A DNA stretch of 63,409 bases, filler included, from Reticulomyxa filosa (Eukaryota; Protista; Foraminifera), in NCBI GenBank assembly GCA_000512085.1. It is 14 parts of 14 records of this genome, joined end to end, with 100 filler letters (N's around TTAATTAATTAA, not from the genome) between each part and the next. Parts side by side here need not be neighbours in the genome. Positions count along the whole stretch, not along the records: positions 1 to 15,528 come from ASPP01026725.1; positions 15,629 to 19,079 come from ASPP01002747.1; positions 19,180 to 20,799 come from ASPP01003709.1; positions 20,900 to 21,994 come from ASPP01026002.1; positions 22,095 to 24,029 come from ASPP01037279.1; positions 24,130 to 25,325 come from ASPP01019754.1; positions 25,426 to 32,902 come from ASPP01009849.1; 7 more parts are not named here. One strand, 5' to 3'. Below are positions 14,004 to 26,549 of the stretch, one piece after another. The first letter of the stretch is position 1. Each line of letters opens with the position of its first letter. A program made the translations under genes and the position numbers. The notes under the pieces were generated by a model. The model made no database searches, was not told the origin of the DNA, and saw nothing but the letters and a program-made list of their open reading frames with translations.

Positions 14004-15237
14004 ATGTCGACACACATGAAAACAAAAATTGAAAGATTGACGACAGAAGAAACAATAATTGAGAGCCAATGGATTGCAAAGAACAACAATGAAGATATAG
14101 TAAGAAAACAAATATGAAATTGAAAAAAGATAGTGATTTTAAGAAGTGAAAGTTAAGTATAAGCATCTTTTGTTAATTCAATTGCTATGTGGACGCTTGT
14201 AGGCTAAAGAAAACAGAAAATGCAAGAAATAAAATAGTAATTGAACTTTAGATTCACTCACCTTCGCTCAAAATAGGATTGGTTAATTATTTTGACATCA
14301 TTGTCTCAAGATATTTTATGGTATCTTTTTCGTTTGTAACAAAATACTATCTTATTATACATATATATGTATATGTGTATTTGCAAAAAAAAAAGAAAAA
14401 ATATTTTAGACCTTAAGAATAATCTAAAGACATTCAAGTTTCGTGTGTGGTATAAATATTCGGCTGATGATATTAACTTATTTCATTTTCATATAATAGA
14501 ACAATTCGAATATTGTATATTGCATCTAAAAATGAGATTGAATTATGGAAAGAACATTTAATTGATAAAAGAGTCTTAACTTTCACCAGATGGAAACATA
14601 ATTGCATTTTGTTCAGGCCACGTGATTATATTATTGGATGCGAAGTCGTATACAGATAAGACAATTGAAAGGCTGTTCACATAATGTGTATTGATAAATT
14701 TTCACGATGTGGCAAAACTATTATGTCTAGACCATCTGATTATACACTTGGATATGAAGTATAACAACCTGGAAAACAATTAAAACAAGCAGGAGTTTAT
14801 TCAACTGTGCAATTTCCATCAATGATCAGCAATTTCTATTTACATCTGGTGACAGAATAATTCAAATTTGGGACATAAAATCTGTGCATGAATTGAGAGG
14901 ACATTCTGGTAACAAAAGTATTACAATTTTCTCCAAAACTGTCGTATTATTGTATCTTGTTAGATGATACACAGTTCGAATTTGGAACGCAAAATTAATG
15001 AAAGAAATATACATACTCAACGAATGCATATATCCAATAAATATAGAATTCTTTACTGACAGAATGACTTTTTGTCACGGTCAATGGATAAAACAATCCA
15101 AATATGTGATATAACATTAACTTTAAATTAACAAAAAAATAAAAGAAAGTCCTGACATTATTGCAATAACTGATATTTCACCAAATGGCAATATGTTTGT
15201 ATCTTGTTTTCACAATCAGATAATTCAACTATGGTGA
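14004..15237 (+). pseudogene. Decayed WD40 gene of the same family as 7986-9132
   Basis: Remnant leader IHSPSLKIGLVNYFDIIVSRY (~14252) and WD fragments FSPDGNIIAFCS, DRIIQIWD, DDTVRIWN, ISPNGNMFVSC, broken by many stops and frameshifts. Confidence 0.75.
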
Positions 15238-15528
15238 TTGATGTAAAAAATTTTTACCTTCAAACACAAATATTAATTGTGAGCGTTTTTTCTATTAATT
15301 CAATTTTGATGATCAGAAATTTTGATCAACAACATGGCTTGACTTGTTTTTTTTGTTGAACGTAAAATCTTTTGATCACTTTCAATTCACTGTCTATAAT
15401 TCTTGGCGCTTTCTTTGAATAAAAATTCAATTGTTTACAAGCATTTTTGATAGAGAAATAAAATAAAAATTATTTTAAAACACTGTTTTGTTTTAAAAAA
15501 TCAGGTCAACTTTTTTGAATTTTTTTTT

Positions 15529-15628
15529 NNNNNNNNNNNNNNNNNNNNNNNNNNNNNNNNNNNNNNNNNNNNTTAATTAATTAANNNNNNNNNNNNNNNN
15601 NNNNNNNNNNNNNNNNNNNNNNNNNNNN
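15529..15628. other. Artificial contig spacer N44-TTAATTAATTAA-N44 (first of 13; others start at 19080, 20800, 21995, 24030, 25326, 32903, 34104, 48572, 49967, 52767, 59951, 61757)
   Basis: Identical 100-bp block; the 12-mer puts stop codons in all six frames. Confidence 0.98.
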
Positions 15629-15849
15629 TTTCTTTTTCGTTTTTATGATCGCGAAAAGCGCACCCGCAAATTGGTACTGCGTAAATTTTTTTCTGCAAAG
15701 GAGAAAACACGTCGGAAACGTTTTTGCAAACGAAATTTCATTAAAAGCGTTTACGTTTTTGGATAATTGGATTAATTTTTGTTGAAAACGCTGAAATAAT
15801 TTAAAAAATACCCTACGACAGAAAAATGTTGTAATTTTTTTTTATCATT

Positions 15850-16100
15850 TGTAAGGACATCCAGGCTGATTGCACAGCCCAGATAAAATTTTGTACAGTG
15901 CGACAAAAATAAATCGAATATGTAATAGTGATCTAGAAACAACAAATTCTTTTGTCAGATATTGTGCAGTTTTCATTTGATAGTAAAAAATTTTGTTCAA
16001 GTGAGAAAACGATCTGCGCGTGGATGTGTTAGCATAGAAAGGGATATATGCACATATGATATTCAAGTCATAGTAATGTAGACTATCGATTGTTGTAAGA
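15850..16100 (+). pseudogene. Short WD40 relic
   Basis: VQFSFDSKKFCSSEKTICAW and GH..HSPD-like fragments with stops. Confidence 0.35.
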
Positions 16101-16614
16101 ACAACTGGTGTAATACGAAAAGAGTTTGTCCCAGAAACAAGTTTTTTAGTAAAATGAATTAAATTAAATAAGAAATAATTCACAAAAGAAAGTAACCTAA
16201 AAGAAACGTATAAGGCTGTTTGTGAGCTCGACATGTAAAAAGAAATTACTTTGAAACTAATTTTTTTGTTGAAATTTCTGGAAACGTAATAGATAATAAG
16301 TTTTATTAAAAAAAGTGCAATAAATTTAATGCACGAAAGTTGTTTAAAAATTGCCTAAAAAATTTTTGAAAGGGAAGAGTTTTATTGTATTATATTTCTG
16401 TAACAAGAGTTGGCGAAGACAAATGTTGAACTAAGTACGCTTTCGAGTACAAGAGACAATTTAAAACATTATTGTTAATAATATTTTTTTTGGATCTAAT
16501 GGCTAAAATTACCTATAATTTATTTGGGTGATTATCCTAGACCGGAGGAATACGAAATTGTAATTTTGTTTAAGATGGTACGAATGACCGTATTGATTTC
16601 GTTGATATTCGCAG

Positions 16615-18643
16615 TTACGCCTCGCTGTTGGGTATATAAGAATCATTGTTATGTGCAGTTGGAAGGCCGGTATGATCAAGATTATCAGAGCCAGAGATAT
16701 GATTATCATTGGAGTTGGTGTTCTCCTGTGTTATAAAAGCACGGTCTTTCAACATATACTACATTAAAAAAAAAAAAAAAAAAAGGCCAACCTTGTTGGG
16801 AGACGTATCATCAATCACAGGATTACGTTGAATTTCTGATATGCCTGCCTCAATCTTTTGTTCATCCGAGGGCTGCGTTGCAAGATGTACTTGTGTTATA
16901 ACAATATCAGTGTTTGTACTGGGATTACTGCTGTCTGCTGCACTGTCATCAGTTGTATTTACCTTTGTGCTGAGTGAGGCGACTACTTTACGAAGACTTT
17001 GTTGTAAAATCTGAGTCAACGACCGATTTGCATTTGAAGCCTATGTTCGAATCACAAAATAGCGCAAAGCGTTTAACTTTGATCATATCTGTACGTATAC
17101 ATATGTGTATACATTAGAAAAAAGACGAACCTCAGTAGTTGGAGATAGCGATTGCGTCTGTAGTTGTGATGACGAAATGTCAGGCCTTGTGGTTTCACAA
17201 AGGGAGCATTTGTCCATAACACTTTCATTGATTAAAGTGCAAACAGGACAAACCCAATCGGACCTCTTTTGTTCGGAGTACAGTTCAGCAGCGTTTGCGG
17301 ACAGAGCATCTCCGCTCTGTTTTTCAACAGAAGGAGCGTTCGTTGTATTATTGTGTTCCTTTCTCAGCAGTACGAAATAAACAGTGGGCCCTTTTTTTTT
17401 TTTTTAAAAAAAAAATTTATTTTTTTGAAAAAAAAAAGTTAAAATGTAAAGATAAAAACTAGTGTTGTCAGGAGAGCGTATCCAAGAAAAGAGTTGGTGC
17501 CGAAGATGAGCAAGCGGGAGCATATCCCAAAGGATGGAAGGAACGTATAACTGAAACAAGCAATTGAAGTGAAAGGTATCAAAGAGAGCATTGAAAGAGA
17601 AGTGAGACGCGTCATGTTCAGAGCGCCAGTGGACATGTGCTTTGGACAAGGCGGACGTGGAATGCAAATGAGGGAGTCTAAAAAAAAAGCGCGACGAAGC
17701 AAACTGCAAGTTCTTTTCCAAGGAGAACACGACAATGTCCAAAGAGGGGAACATGGACACAAAGCGAGCAATGGCGTCGACGTAGGCAGTGGTTTCCAAA
17801 GTCTTGGAGCTGTCGGAAGGGAACAAGGCAGTGCAATGCAAGACGAGTCGCTTCAAGTGTTGCATGTGTTGCGCATGCATAGACACGCACACAAAGTCTT
17901 GCAAGTTGGAGCGCGAAAAAGCGTCGACCTCGACGCACTCAATGTGCGGACGTCCGTCACATATCTGTCGCAGCCATCGCGCGTCCCAACAACATAACTT
18001 CAAACGACGTAATGCCTTGCCGCAATGCTGCACAAACCAATGGACAATTGCAAAGTGGTTCTCGCCATGTCGGTTCTGTTCATTCCTCACCTCAATGTAC
18101 TCTATCGTATCTTTGCACTCGGATAGCAAGATCTCAATCAATGTCTTCCAACGCTTTTCTTCTTCTTCCTTCTTCTTCTTCCTTTTCTTCTCTTTTTCTT
18201 CCTCTTCACTCTTGCTTATCTTTAACACTTGTTTCTCTTTCTGTCTCTCTCGTCGTTTTCGCTTCTCTTTGTCTTTGTATTTGTCTTTGTCTTTGTCTTT
18301 GCTTTTGTCCCTCTCTCTATCTTTACTCTTGTCTCTGTCTCTGTCTCTGTTTCTATTTCTATCTCTATCTCTATCTCTGTCTCTGTCTCTATCTCTATCC
18401 TTGTCTTGGACGACGCCATTGATGCTGTCATTTGGATTGGAAATGTACTCAATGTACAACTGCGAGACATTTGAAGGGAGTGGTTGCAACTGCAATTGCA
18501 ACTGCGTATAAGACCATTGCACTTGTTCCTCCTCTTCTTCTTCTTCTTCTTCTTCTTCATTCTTCTCTTTACTATTCTTATTCTTCTTATCATTTTTATT
18601 CTCTTTGAGATAATGAAAACTTTTTAACAAAGACGACGACGAC

Positions 18644-18691
<48 letters not shown>

Positions 18692-19035
18692 AAAGGATCG
18701 CAAGTGAATTGCAAACGAATGTAACGACATGTTCGAACCAACTGCTCGTTGTTCAGAATCTGCCTTTGTCGAAACACGGCCATTTTGTTGCGCAGCGACA
18801 ATAAGGCGTTGTCGCCCAGAACAATGCGGTGCTCCTGCTTCAGCTGTCGCATGCACACGAGCTCGCGCAAGTAACAGCACGTCGCGGGCAGACACTTGCG
18901 ATCTGCACTCTCCAAGTATGACATTATCTTGTTCACCCACACGTCGTCGCCTATGTCGTGGCGCACCGCACTTTTGCCAATCGACGCCGCAAAGTATTCT
19001 TCCAATTTGCCGTAGTTGGATATTTCTAATCGCAT
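16615..19035 (-). CDS. Multi-exon protein: F-box-like N-terminus, low-complexity linker, LRR-like region, RanBP2-type zinc finger; may be 5'-partial
   Basis: DDVWVNKIMSYL..LPATCCYLRELV (F-box-like); downstream exon encodes WVCPVCTLINESVMDKCSLC (~17190-17256); last exon ends at TAA 16615. Confidence 0.6.
18155..18690 (-). repeat. Coding microsatellites: (TCA)n poly-Ser, (GAA)n poly-Glu, (GAYAGA)n Asp-Arg and Asp-Lys dipeptide runs
   Basis: Directly visible tandem tri- and hexanucleotide arrays within the 543-aa ORF. Confidence 0.9.
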
Positions 19036-19042
19036 TGTGTCT

Positions 19043-19079
<37 letters not shown>

Positions 19080-19192
19080 NNNNNNNNNNNNNNNNNNNNN
19101 NNNNNNNNNNNNNNNNNNNNNNNTTAATTAATTAANNNNNNNNNNNNNNNNNNNNNNNNNNNNNNNNNNNNNNNNNNNNTTTTTTTTTGTCG

Positions 19193-19979
19193 CAACTGTA
19201 AAATGGCATCTTATGAAGATGATCGATTTTCTAAGCCAAAAATTAACATTTTTCAAAATTTTAAATATCAGAATCTTCAACTATTTCAAAGCAATTCATT
19301 TTTTCTACAATCCTTTGTCAATTGCAAACATTCTGACCATATTATTTTGTGACAATCATACAAGATATATCATTTGTATTCCTCAACAAATGCCAAACTT
19401 GAATCAATATGTCTATCAACAAATCCTTATTATTGTGATACACTGCGCACAGTCTTCGTTGAGATTTTAATTTTAACATTATTCTTATATAATTACAAAT
19501 AGATTTTGCAGTAGAATATTTAATTATTTTAACAATTTTTCTTTGTGATCTAGAAGAATACGACAAATGACAACAGTATCTTGTCAAATGCGAAAGATTA
19601 AGCCACATTTTTCTTTTTTTTTAAATACATACACAGTTGATCGGCTGAATTTTTCCTTCGCAGCGATATAACTAATATAAAATCTTTCACTAAGTAGAGC
19701 CGAAATTCTAGATTTTGTGATATGTCAACATATGACATCTTAAACTAAAAGATAGTGACAAAATGAAAATAGATGGCTTTAAAAAATATTTGTAAAAAAG
19801 TAAAAAAGCAAAAAAAAAAAATTATAAAACATTAAAATGTTTGCAATTGACAAAGGATTGTAGAAAAAAATGAATTGCTTTGAAATAGTTGAAGATTCTT
19901 ATATATTTTTTAAAATTTTGAAAAATGTTAATTTTTGATTTAGAAAATCGATCATCTTCATAAGGTGCCATTTTAGTTG
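19193..19979. mobile_element. Foldback/MITE-like element with ~140-bp inverted repeats
   Basis: 19193-19332 is the reverse complement of 19836-19979 with few mismatches/indels (e.g. CTTATGAAGATGATCGATTTTCTAA; CTACAATCCTTTGTCAATTGCAAACATT); ~500-bp interior, no transposase. Confidence 0.7.
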
Positions 19980-22094
19980 TCAAGACTTTTGTCCCTGTCT
20001 GTAATTGGAAAAAATTATCTTTTCAAATGAAACAAATATTAACTTGATTGGAAGCATGTAATTAAATACATGTAGAAAAACTAAACCAAGACTTAGATAT
20101 TGTAATAATCAAAATGTAAAGATTTAGAATATGTATCATAATGGTCGGAAATGAATGCAAGATATATGGTGAAATAAACTCTAAAATATACATAATAAAT
20201 ATTAGAAGATTATAGGTTGAATAGTGTGCAATATTATGTAAATAATATACTGTGTATTTAAAAATTACAAGATTTATACATATTTTTAAGATCAAAAAAT
20301 ATGTTTAGATGTTATTCTTTATTGAAAATGATCATCACTATAACTTTCTTTTGCATGCACTATATCTCTAAAAAAAATTGCCAGAAGCTAAAGGGTAGAT
20401 CTGAGCTTTGGTTTTTTTTGTACATCATCAAGATGACAGATCATTCATTGGATGAAACTATGGAAGCGAAATCTCCGGTAGGTCCACAACACAACTCACT
20501 CTATCCATGATCTACTGTTCATATGTGACTTTTCGCAAGTATTTGATTTAATCTTACCATTACAGAAAGGCGTGGATAAAAAATCTAACAGAAATTTCTG
20601 AGCCGACTTGAACGGCAATATTCTTTTGACTTTTGTGCTTTACGGTTTTTTTTTTTTGTGTAACGCATGGATTTAGTTCATAGCAATGAGTTTTTTTTTT
20701 TTGGAAAATATCGGAACTAAGAGAATATAAGACTACGTACACGTTTTGAGCTCTCAAGGTCACTCAAACGGAACAACGGGGTGTTTTGTGTGTGTGTGTN
20801 NNNNNNNNNNNNNNNNNNNNNNNNNNNNNNNNNNNNNNNNNNNTTAATTAATTAANNNNNNNNNNNNNNNNNNNNNNNNNNNNNNNNNNNNNNNNNNNNT
20901 TTCGTTAGGATTTTTCAATTATCCAATTTTGTGCTCGAAGACGTGATCCACATGCTTGCCAAGTAATCACTGGAGTGTTTATTGATAATTGAAACAATCT
21001 CTGATTTAAGATTCTTTGCTTTATTATCTCCTTCTCCTTCTGTAGTTGAGACTACTTTTATATTGTCTTCCATTTCATGCTTACTTACATGGTTTGCTTC
21101 CAACGATCTTCCTCTTTTATTTTCTGAGAGCAAAGGCCATTGGAGCTGTATTCTTTGTTGTCGAAAAGGAAGCATTACAAAAACCAACATAAAAAAACTT
21201 GAACTACATCCCCCCCTATCGAACACTTTTGGAAATTTTTTTTTGGAAAAAAGTACTTTTTTTAAACAATTGGTTCAAAAATGACCCACAAATCATAAAA
21301 AATGACCTATTTTTGAAATATCCAAAAATATCTCAAAACAATCGTTTCTCATTTTTTAAAAAAACATTTGTATGCCATTTGACTGGTATGATTAAATGAT
21401 TCATATCTGTTTTTTTGGGTTTGATTTTTATATAATCACAAAGTTTTCAATATACAAGGCCTTTTCTAATCCACAATCTAATTAGAAAAAGCAATTCAAC
21501 CTTTTTTTTAAAACTGTACACAAAATTGTAATGTGGATATGTACTTTCAAAAAAAAAATCTCGCGTTTCTAAACTTATTTCAAGTGGGGCCAAGTGCTGT
21601 ATATAAATAGTTAAGAGTCCACTTAATTCACTCAAAAAATCACTCAGGAACAACGGATATTCACGTAGATCGAAGTTAATGGGACGGTAGACGGCTTCTG
21701 TGTTGGTTGCTCGGACAATGATCAATTTAAATTGTTCGTGTTCCCAACAAGATGACGATTAAGCGATCATGATCATATCAGTGTACAATAATACAGGATC
21801 TTGAGCTTTTAAAAAGGATTCAATGACTGAGTCACTAAGCCAGCATCCAATTGCGCTTTACCTAATAAATTTCTAGCAACACGTGTATGATCTATGCCTT
21901 AATTGTGGTCTATCATAAAAAAACAAACAAACGAAAACACGTATACTACTTAGATCACTTCCACTTAAATATTCATTTTTTTTAAAATTTTTTTNNNNNN
22001 NNNNNNNNNNNNNNNNNNNNNNNNNNNNNNNNNNNNNNTTAATTAATTAANNNNNNNNNNNNNNNNNNNNNNNNNNNNNNNNNNNNNNNNNNNN

Positions 22095-24029
22095 TTTGCT
22101 TTTCAACAATATTGTCAAGACTTGGGATTTGAAATGTTAATTCAAGGAAATCAAGTTGCAACCGAAAATGATGCTATAAAATTTGGCAACGATAAAATCT
22201 TGAATAAATTGGATCCAACAATAGAAATAGAGATTAAAAGTGAAAATGAAAAAGCAGACGTGAAGATGGATGAAACTACTGGTACTTCAGTTACAAAAAG
22301 GACAAGTGACACAACATCGAGAGAGAATGACAAAAACCAAAATATGGGTGAGAAAATGGAAAAGAAAACAAATGAAACCAACACTACCATCACAAAAATA
22401 CAAGATATTTGGGAAAAGTATTTCAATGGTGATAACATCTCAAAATATGCATTGAGGAGAGTTGGTGATAATAAGTATCAATTTTTACATAAATCATGTC
22501 AAGAATATTATGCAGCACAAAAAATTATATTTGATATCATTTCATGGAAACCTAATGTTAATGACATTAATAATCAGCAATTTCAACAACAATTTGAAAC
22601 GCATGCTCAGCAATTTCTTGTCAACAGTAAATTATTAAATGAAGAAGTGGGAATTATTCAATTCATTGCAGATAGAATTTATGACAACAATTTAATGTTT
22701 GTAAATTTAAAATCACGATTATTTCGGCTCATTGAATCGTCAAAAAATAACTCAAAAGTGTCTATTGCAGCAGCAAATGCAGCAACAATACTCAACGTAG
22801 CAAGAGTTAGCATGAGTTACCAAAACTGGGATAAGATAGATATATCAAAAGCCATTCTAGATCACGCCTTCCTTGAAGGAACAAGTTTCAAAGAAGCCAT
22901 TTTAGATAACGTCAGCTTATTTAGAGCTTGTCTCATTTATACCAATTTCACAAAAGCATCAGTAAATCAGATTAACTTTGGTGAATACGGCTATCTCAAG
23001 GGTCATTCCGATTATGTTACTTCTGTTCAATTTTCACGAGATGGAAACAGAATTGTATCTGGTTCATATGATAAAACCATTCGATTGTGGGATGCATTGT
23101 CAGGAAAGCAAATCCAAATTTTAGAAGGTCATTCAAATCCAGTTACTTTTGTTCAATTTTCACCTGATGGTAACAAAATAGTATCTGGTTCATATGATAA
23201 AACCATTCGGTTGTGGAATGCATCATCTGGAAAGCAAATCCAATCGTTAGAAGGTCATTCAGATTCAGTTACTTCTGTTCAATTTTCACCAGATGGTAAC
23301 ATAATTGTATCTAGTTCATATGATAAAACCATTCGGTTGTGGGACGTATCATCTGGAAAACAAATTCAATCTTTTGAAGGTCTTTCACGTGGTGTTTCTT
23401 CTGTTCAATTTTCACCTGATGGTAGCAGAATTGTATCTGGTTCATATGATAAACATTCGATGTGGGATGCATCATCTGGAAAACAAATCCAATCTTTAGA
23501 AGGTCATTCAGATTCAGTTACTTCTGTTCGATTTTCACCTGATGGTAACAAAATAGTATCTGGTTCAAATGATAAAACCCTTCGATTGTGGGATGCATTG
23601 TCAGGAAAACAAATCCAAATTTTAGAAGGTCATTCAGATTATGTTACTTCTGTTCAATTTTCACCTGACGGTAACAAAATAGTATCTGGTTCATATGATA
23701 AAACCATTCGATTGTGGGATGCGTCATCTGGAAAACAAATTCAATATTTAAAAGGTCTTGCATGTTTTATTAGTTCTGTTCAATTTTCACCTGATGGTAG
23801 CAGAATTGTATCTGGTTCATGGGATAGCATCATTCGACTGTGGGATTCATCATCTGGAAAACAAATTCAATACTTAGAAGGTCATTCAGGTAGTGTTACT
23901 TCTGCTCAATTTTCACTTGATGGTACCAAAATCGTATCTTGTTCAAAAGATGAAACCATTCGATTGTGGGATGCATCATCTAGAAAACAATTCATTCTCT
24001 AGAAGGTCATTCAGGTTTTGTTACTTCTG
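22095..24029 (+). CDS. NACHT-associated helical domain-pentapeptide repeat-WD40 protein (NLR/HET-E-like), partial at both ends
   Basis: YQFLHKSCQEYYAA, AAANAATILN, pentapeptide repeats (AILDHAFLEGTSFKEAILDNVSL), then 8+ WD40 repeats; the TAG at 24000 follows a probable 1-nt homopolymer loss and the repeat continues to the contig end. Confidence 0.85.
22998..24029 (+). repeat. Tandem array of ~126-bp near-identical WD40-coding units (8 complete + 1 partial)
   Basis: Recurrent GGTCATTC..GTTACTTCTGTTCAATTTTCACCTGATGGT..GTATCTGGTTCA..GATAAAACCATTCG.TTGTGGGATGC. Confidence 0.95.
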
Positions 24030-24129
24030 NNNNNNNNNNNNNNNNNNNNNNNNNNNNNNNNNNNNNNNNNNNNTTAATTAATTAANNNNNNNNNNNNNNN
24101 NNNNNNNNNNNNNNNNNNNNNNNNNNNNN

Positions 24130-25305
24130 CATTTGATTAGGCAATTAGGTAATCTACCATTAAAATTGTTATTTTCAATTGATAAAATTCTCAAATAATT
24201 CCAATTGAAACTTCCATTAAATGGAATTGTTCCACTTAGCATATTATCATTAACAGAAACAATAATCAATGAAGGCAATTTGTGTAATGCTGGCAACTCA
24301 CCACTTAATTTGTTATGACTCAATACCAAATATTGTAACATAGATAAATTTTCAATTCCTTTTGGTATAGTTCCACTCAATTGATTTTGACTTAATACAA
24401 TATGAGTTAAATTTTTCAAAGTTCCAATTTCTTCTGGTATAGTTCCCTTCAATCTGTTTTAAAAAATTTCAAATTTTTTTTTTTTTTATTTAAAAACAAG
24501 CAAAAATCCTTATTTAACTGATTGTTCGATAATACAAATAGTTGCAATTTAGTTAAATTTCTAATTTGAGGTATTGTACCCGTAAATCTGTAACAATATA
24601 TACATAAATATGTATATGTGTAATATAATGCATAGTCTCAACTCAACTTAGCTGCACTACAATCCACTTGTGTTAAATTTGTTAAATTTCCAAGTTCTGA
24701 TGGTATAGTTCCATTTATCCTTATTTTTTATTTACAATACATTTTATTTTATTTATTTATTATTATATTTGTGTATAATTCAAAACTTATTTTGAAACAC
24801 TCCAAATTTTTCCAATGCAGCCAATTTTCCGAGTGGTGGTAAGGTTCCACTCAATTTGTTTTGACTCAAGCTCAATAGTTGCAAAGAAGCCAAATTTCCA
24901 ATTTCTTGTGGTATTGTCCCATTCAGTCTTATTCAAAAATAAAACAAAACAATCTTATTTGCTTATTAAAAAAAGTATTTTTCAAAATACATTTAAACTC
25001 ATTGATCATTAATTGAATTCCTTGCAGTTTAATTAAATTTCCAATTTGAGGAGGTATTGTACCTGTTAAACTATTTATAAGCAAAAATCAAACAAAAAAG
25101 ATTTATAAAAAATTAATTGACAATTATTATTATTATATTATTATTGTTATTATTATTATACTTGTTTATACAGATATCAAGATGCTCGAGTTTAATTAAA
25201 TTTCCAATTTCTGGAGGTATGCTACCACTCAGCTGATTTTTATACAAATATAACACCTGTAACTCACGTAATGATCCAATTTCTGGAGGTATTGTACCAC
25301 TCAAT
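24130..25305 (-). CDS. Plant-type (LxGxIP) extracellular LRR protein, internal fragment, 6 exons
   Basis: Exons 25305-25162, 25070-24999, 24927-24787, 24719-24648, 24587-24519, 24453-<24130, all bounded by AG/GT and encoding LSGTIPPEIGxLxxL repeats. Confidence 0.9.
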
Positions 25306-26549
25306 CTATTTTTGCAAATGTAATANNNNNNNNNNNNNNNNNNNNNNNNNNNNNNNNNNNNNNNNNNNNTTAATTAATTAANNNNNNNNNNNNNNNNNNN
25401 NNNNNNNNNNNNNNNNNNNNNNNNNCAAAACAACTTGAAAAAAATAATTATTAAAATTTTTATACATTATTTCATTTTTTGTTCTATAATTGTGATTCCA
25501 AAAATAGGTAATTGAAAATTATAATGTTTTTGGAATGGACCTTACTTTTTCTTGAGTAACGACTTTTCTCTTCCAGAGAAAAAATTTTCCCTTTAAAAAA
25601 AGTTCTCTTAGACATTACGAATGTGGTTTGGCTCTTCTATCTTCAAACAACCTAACAATCTAACGTCTACAACATGGAGAGTTCCTTCAGCACTGCACCC
25701 TTTGCAAAACTACAAAAGCTGCCAAAAAAAGAAAGAAGTTAGTCAGTGTGAGCACAAGACCTTAAAATAACGACATCATTTGAAAAAAGGTATTGTCATC
25801 ACGACACAAACAAATACGCTTATCTATTGTGATCTCTCCTGACATGGTAAATTCAGGTTGACATTGTATATCTATCTTCACAATCGAAGCGATGTACTAA
25901 TTTTGTTGATGTTTGTTTCTAAAGTGCATAATAAATGAAATTATTAATAAAAAAATAAAAAAATAATGTATTCGATCATATACCATTCTTTTGTTCATCG
26001 ATCGAAATTGATAGGTCACAATAATAAGTACGTAGAATTACAAAAAAGTCATCACAACAGTGGGAGGGTCAATTGTTACAACGAGTTTCTAATGTAAATG
26101 TATGTATTAGTTTTTTGTTAGCACTTTTTTACTTAAAACTTTTTTTATTAAATCATGTTTTTATTTATCACTGTATTGTGATCAACAAGCAACATCTAAA
26201 AACCATTTCAAATCAATACTTCAATACTTTGTTATTCTTTGCTTTTTTTTTGGATAGTCAAAGTTATAAATGATTCAATTCGTGTATTCCTTTTTTCTCG
26301 GAACTATCATCAATGGGAAAAATGTTTGATACCAAAAACAAGAAAATACCACAGGTATGTATACAAACAGTCAATCCGATGATACATTATCAAAGCATGT
26401 AAATCTTCAACTTGCTACAATTACAAAAAATCATAATTTCTGAACATTCCAGGAGTGTGAATCGGATCAGCAAATATAATTTTTGTTGTTTTTTAAAGCT
26501 ATGCTCTCTTATAAAAAAAAAAAACACTTTTTTAAAAAAAAACCCTAAC

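Noticed and set aside
12385-14166. Short hydrophobic ORFs as membrane proteins
   Set aside because: F/I/L/K bias is expected from AT-rich non-coding DNA; 13853-14166 is partly antisense to the WD40 pseudogene.
17439-18940. Multiple overlapping and antisense ORFs over the low-complexity gene (likewise 43300-46500 and 53000-55500)
   Set aside because: Shadows of repeat-rich, stop-poor coding sequence with no independent motifs.
20060-20520. Further WD40 relic (NSVQY, QKLKGRS, SLDETM)
   Set aside because: Fragments too short and degenerate to support by eye.
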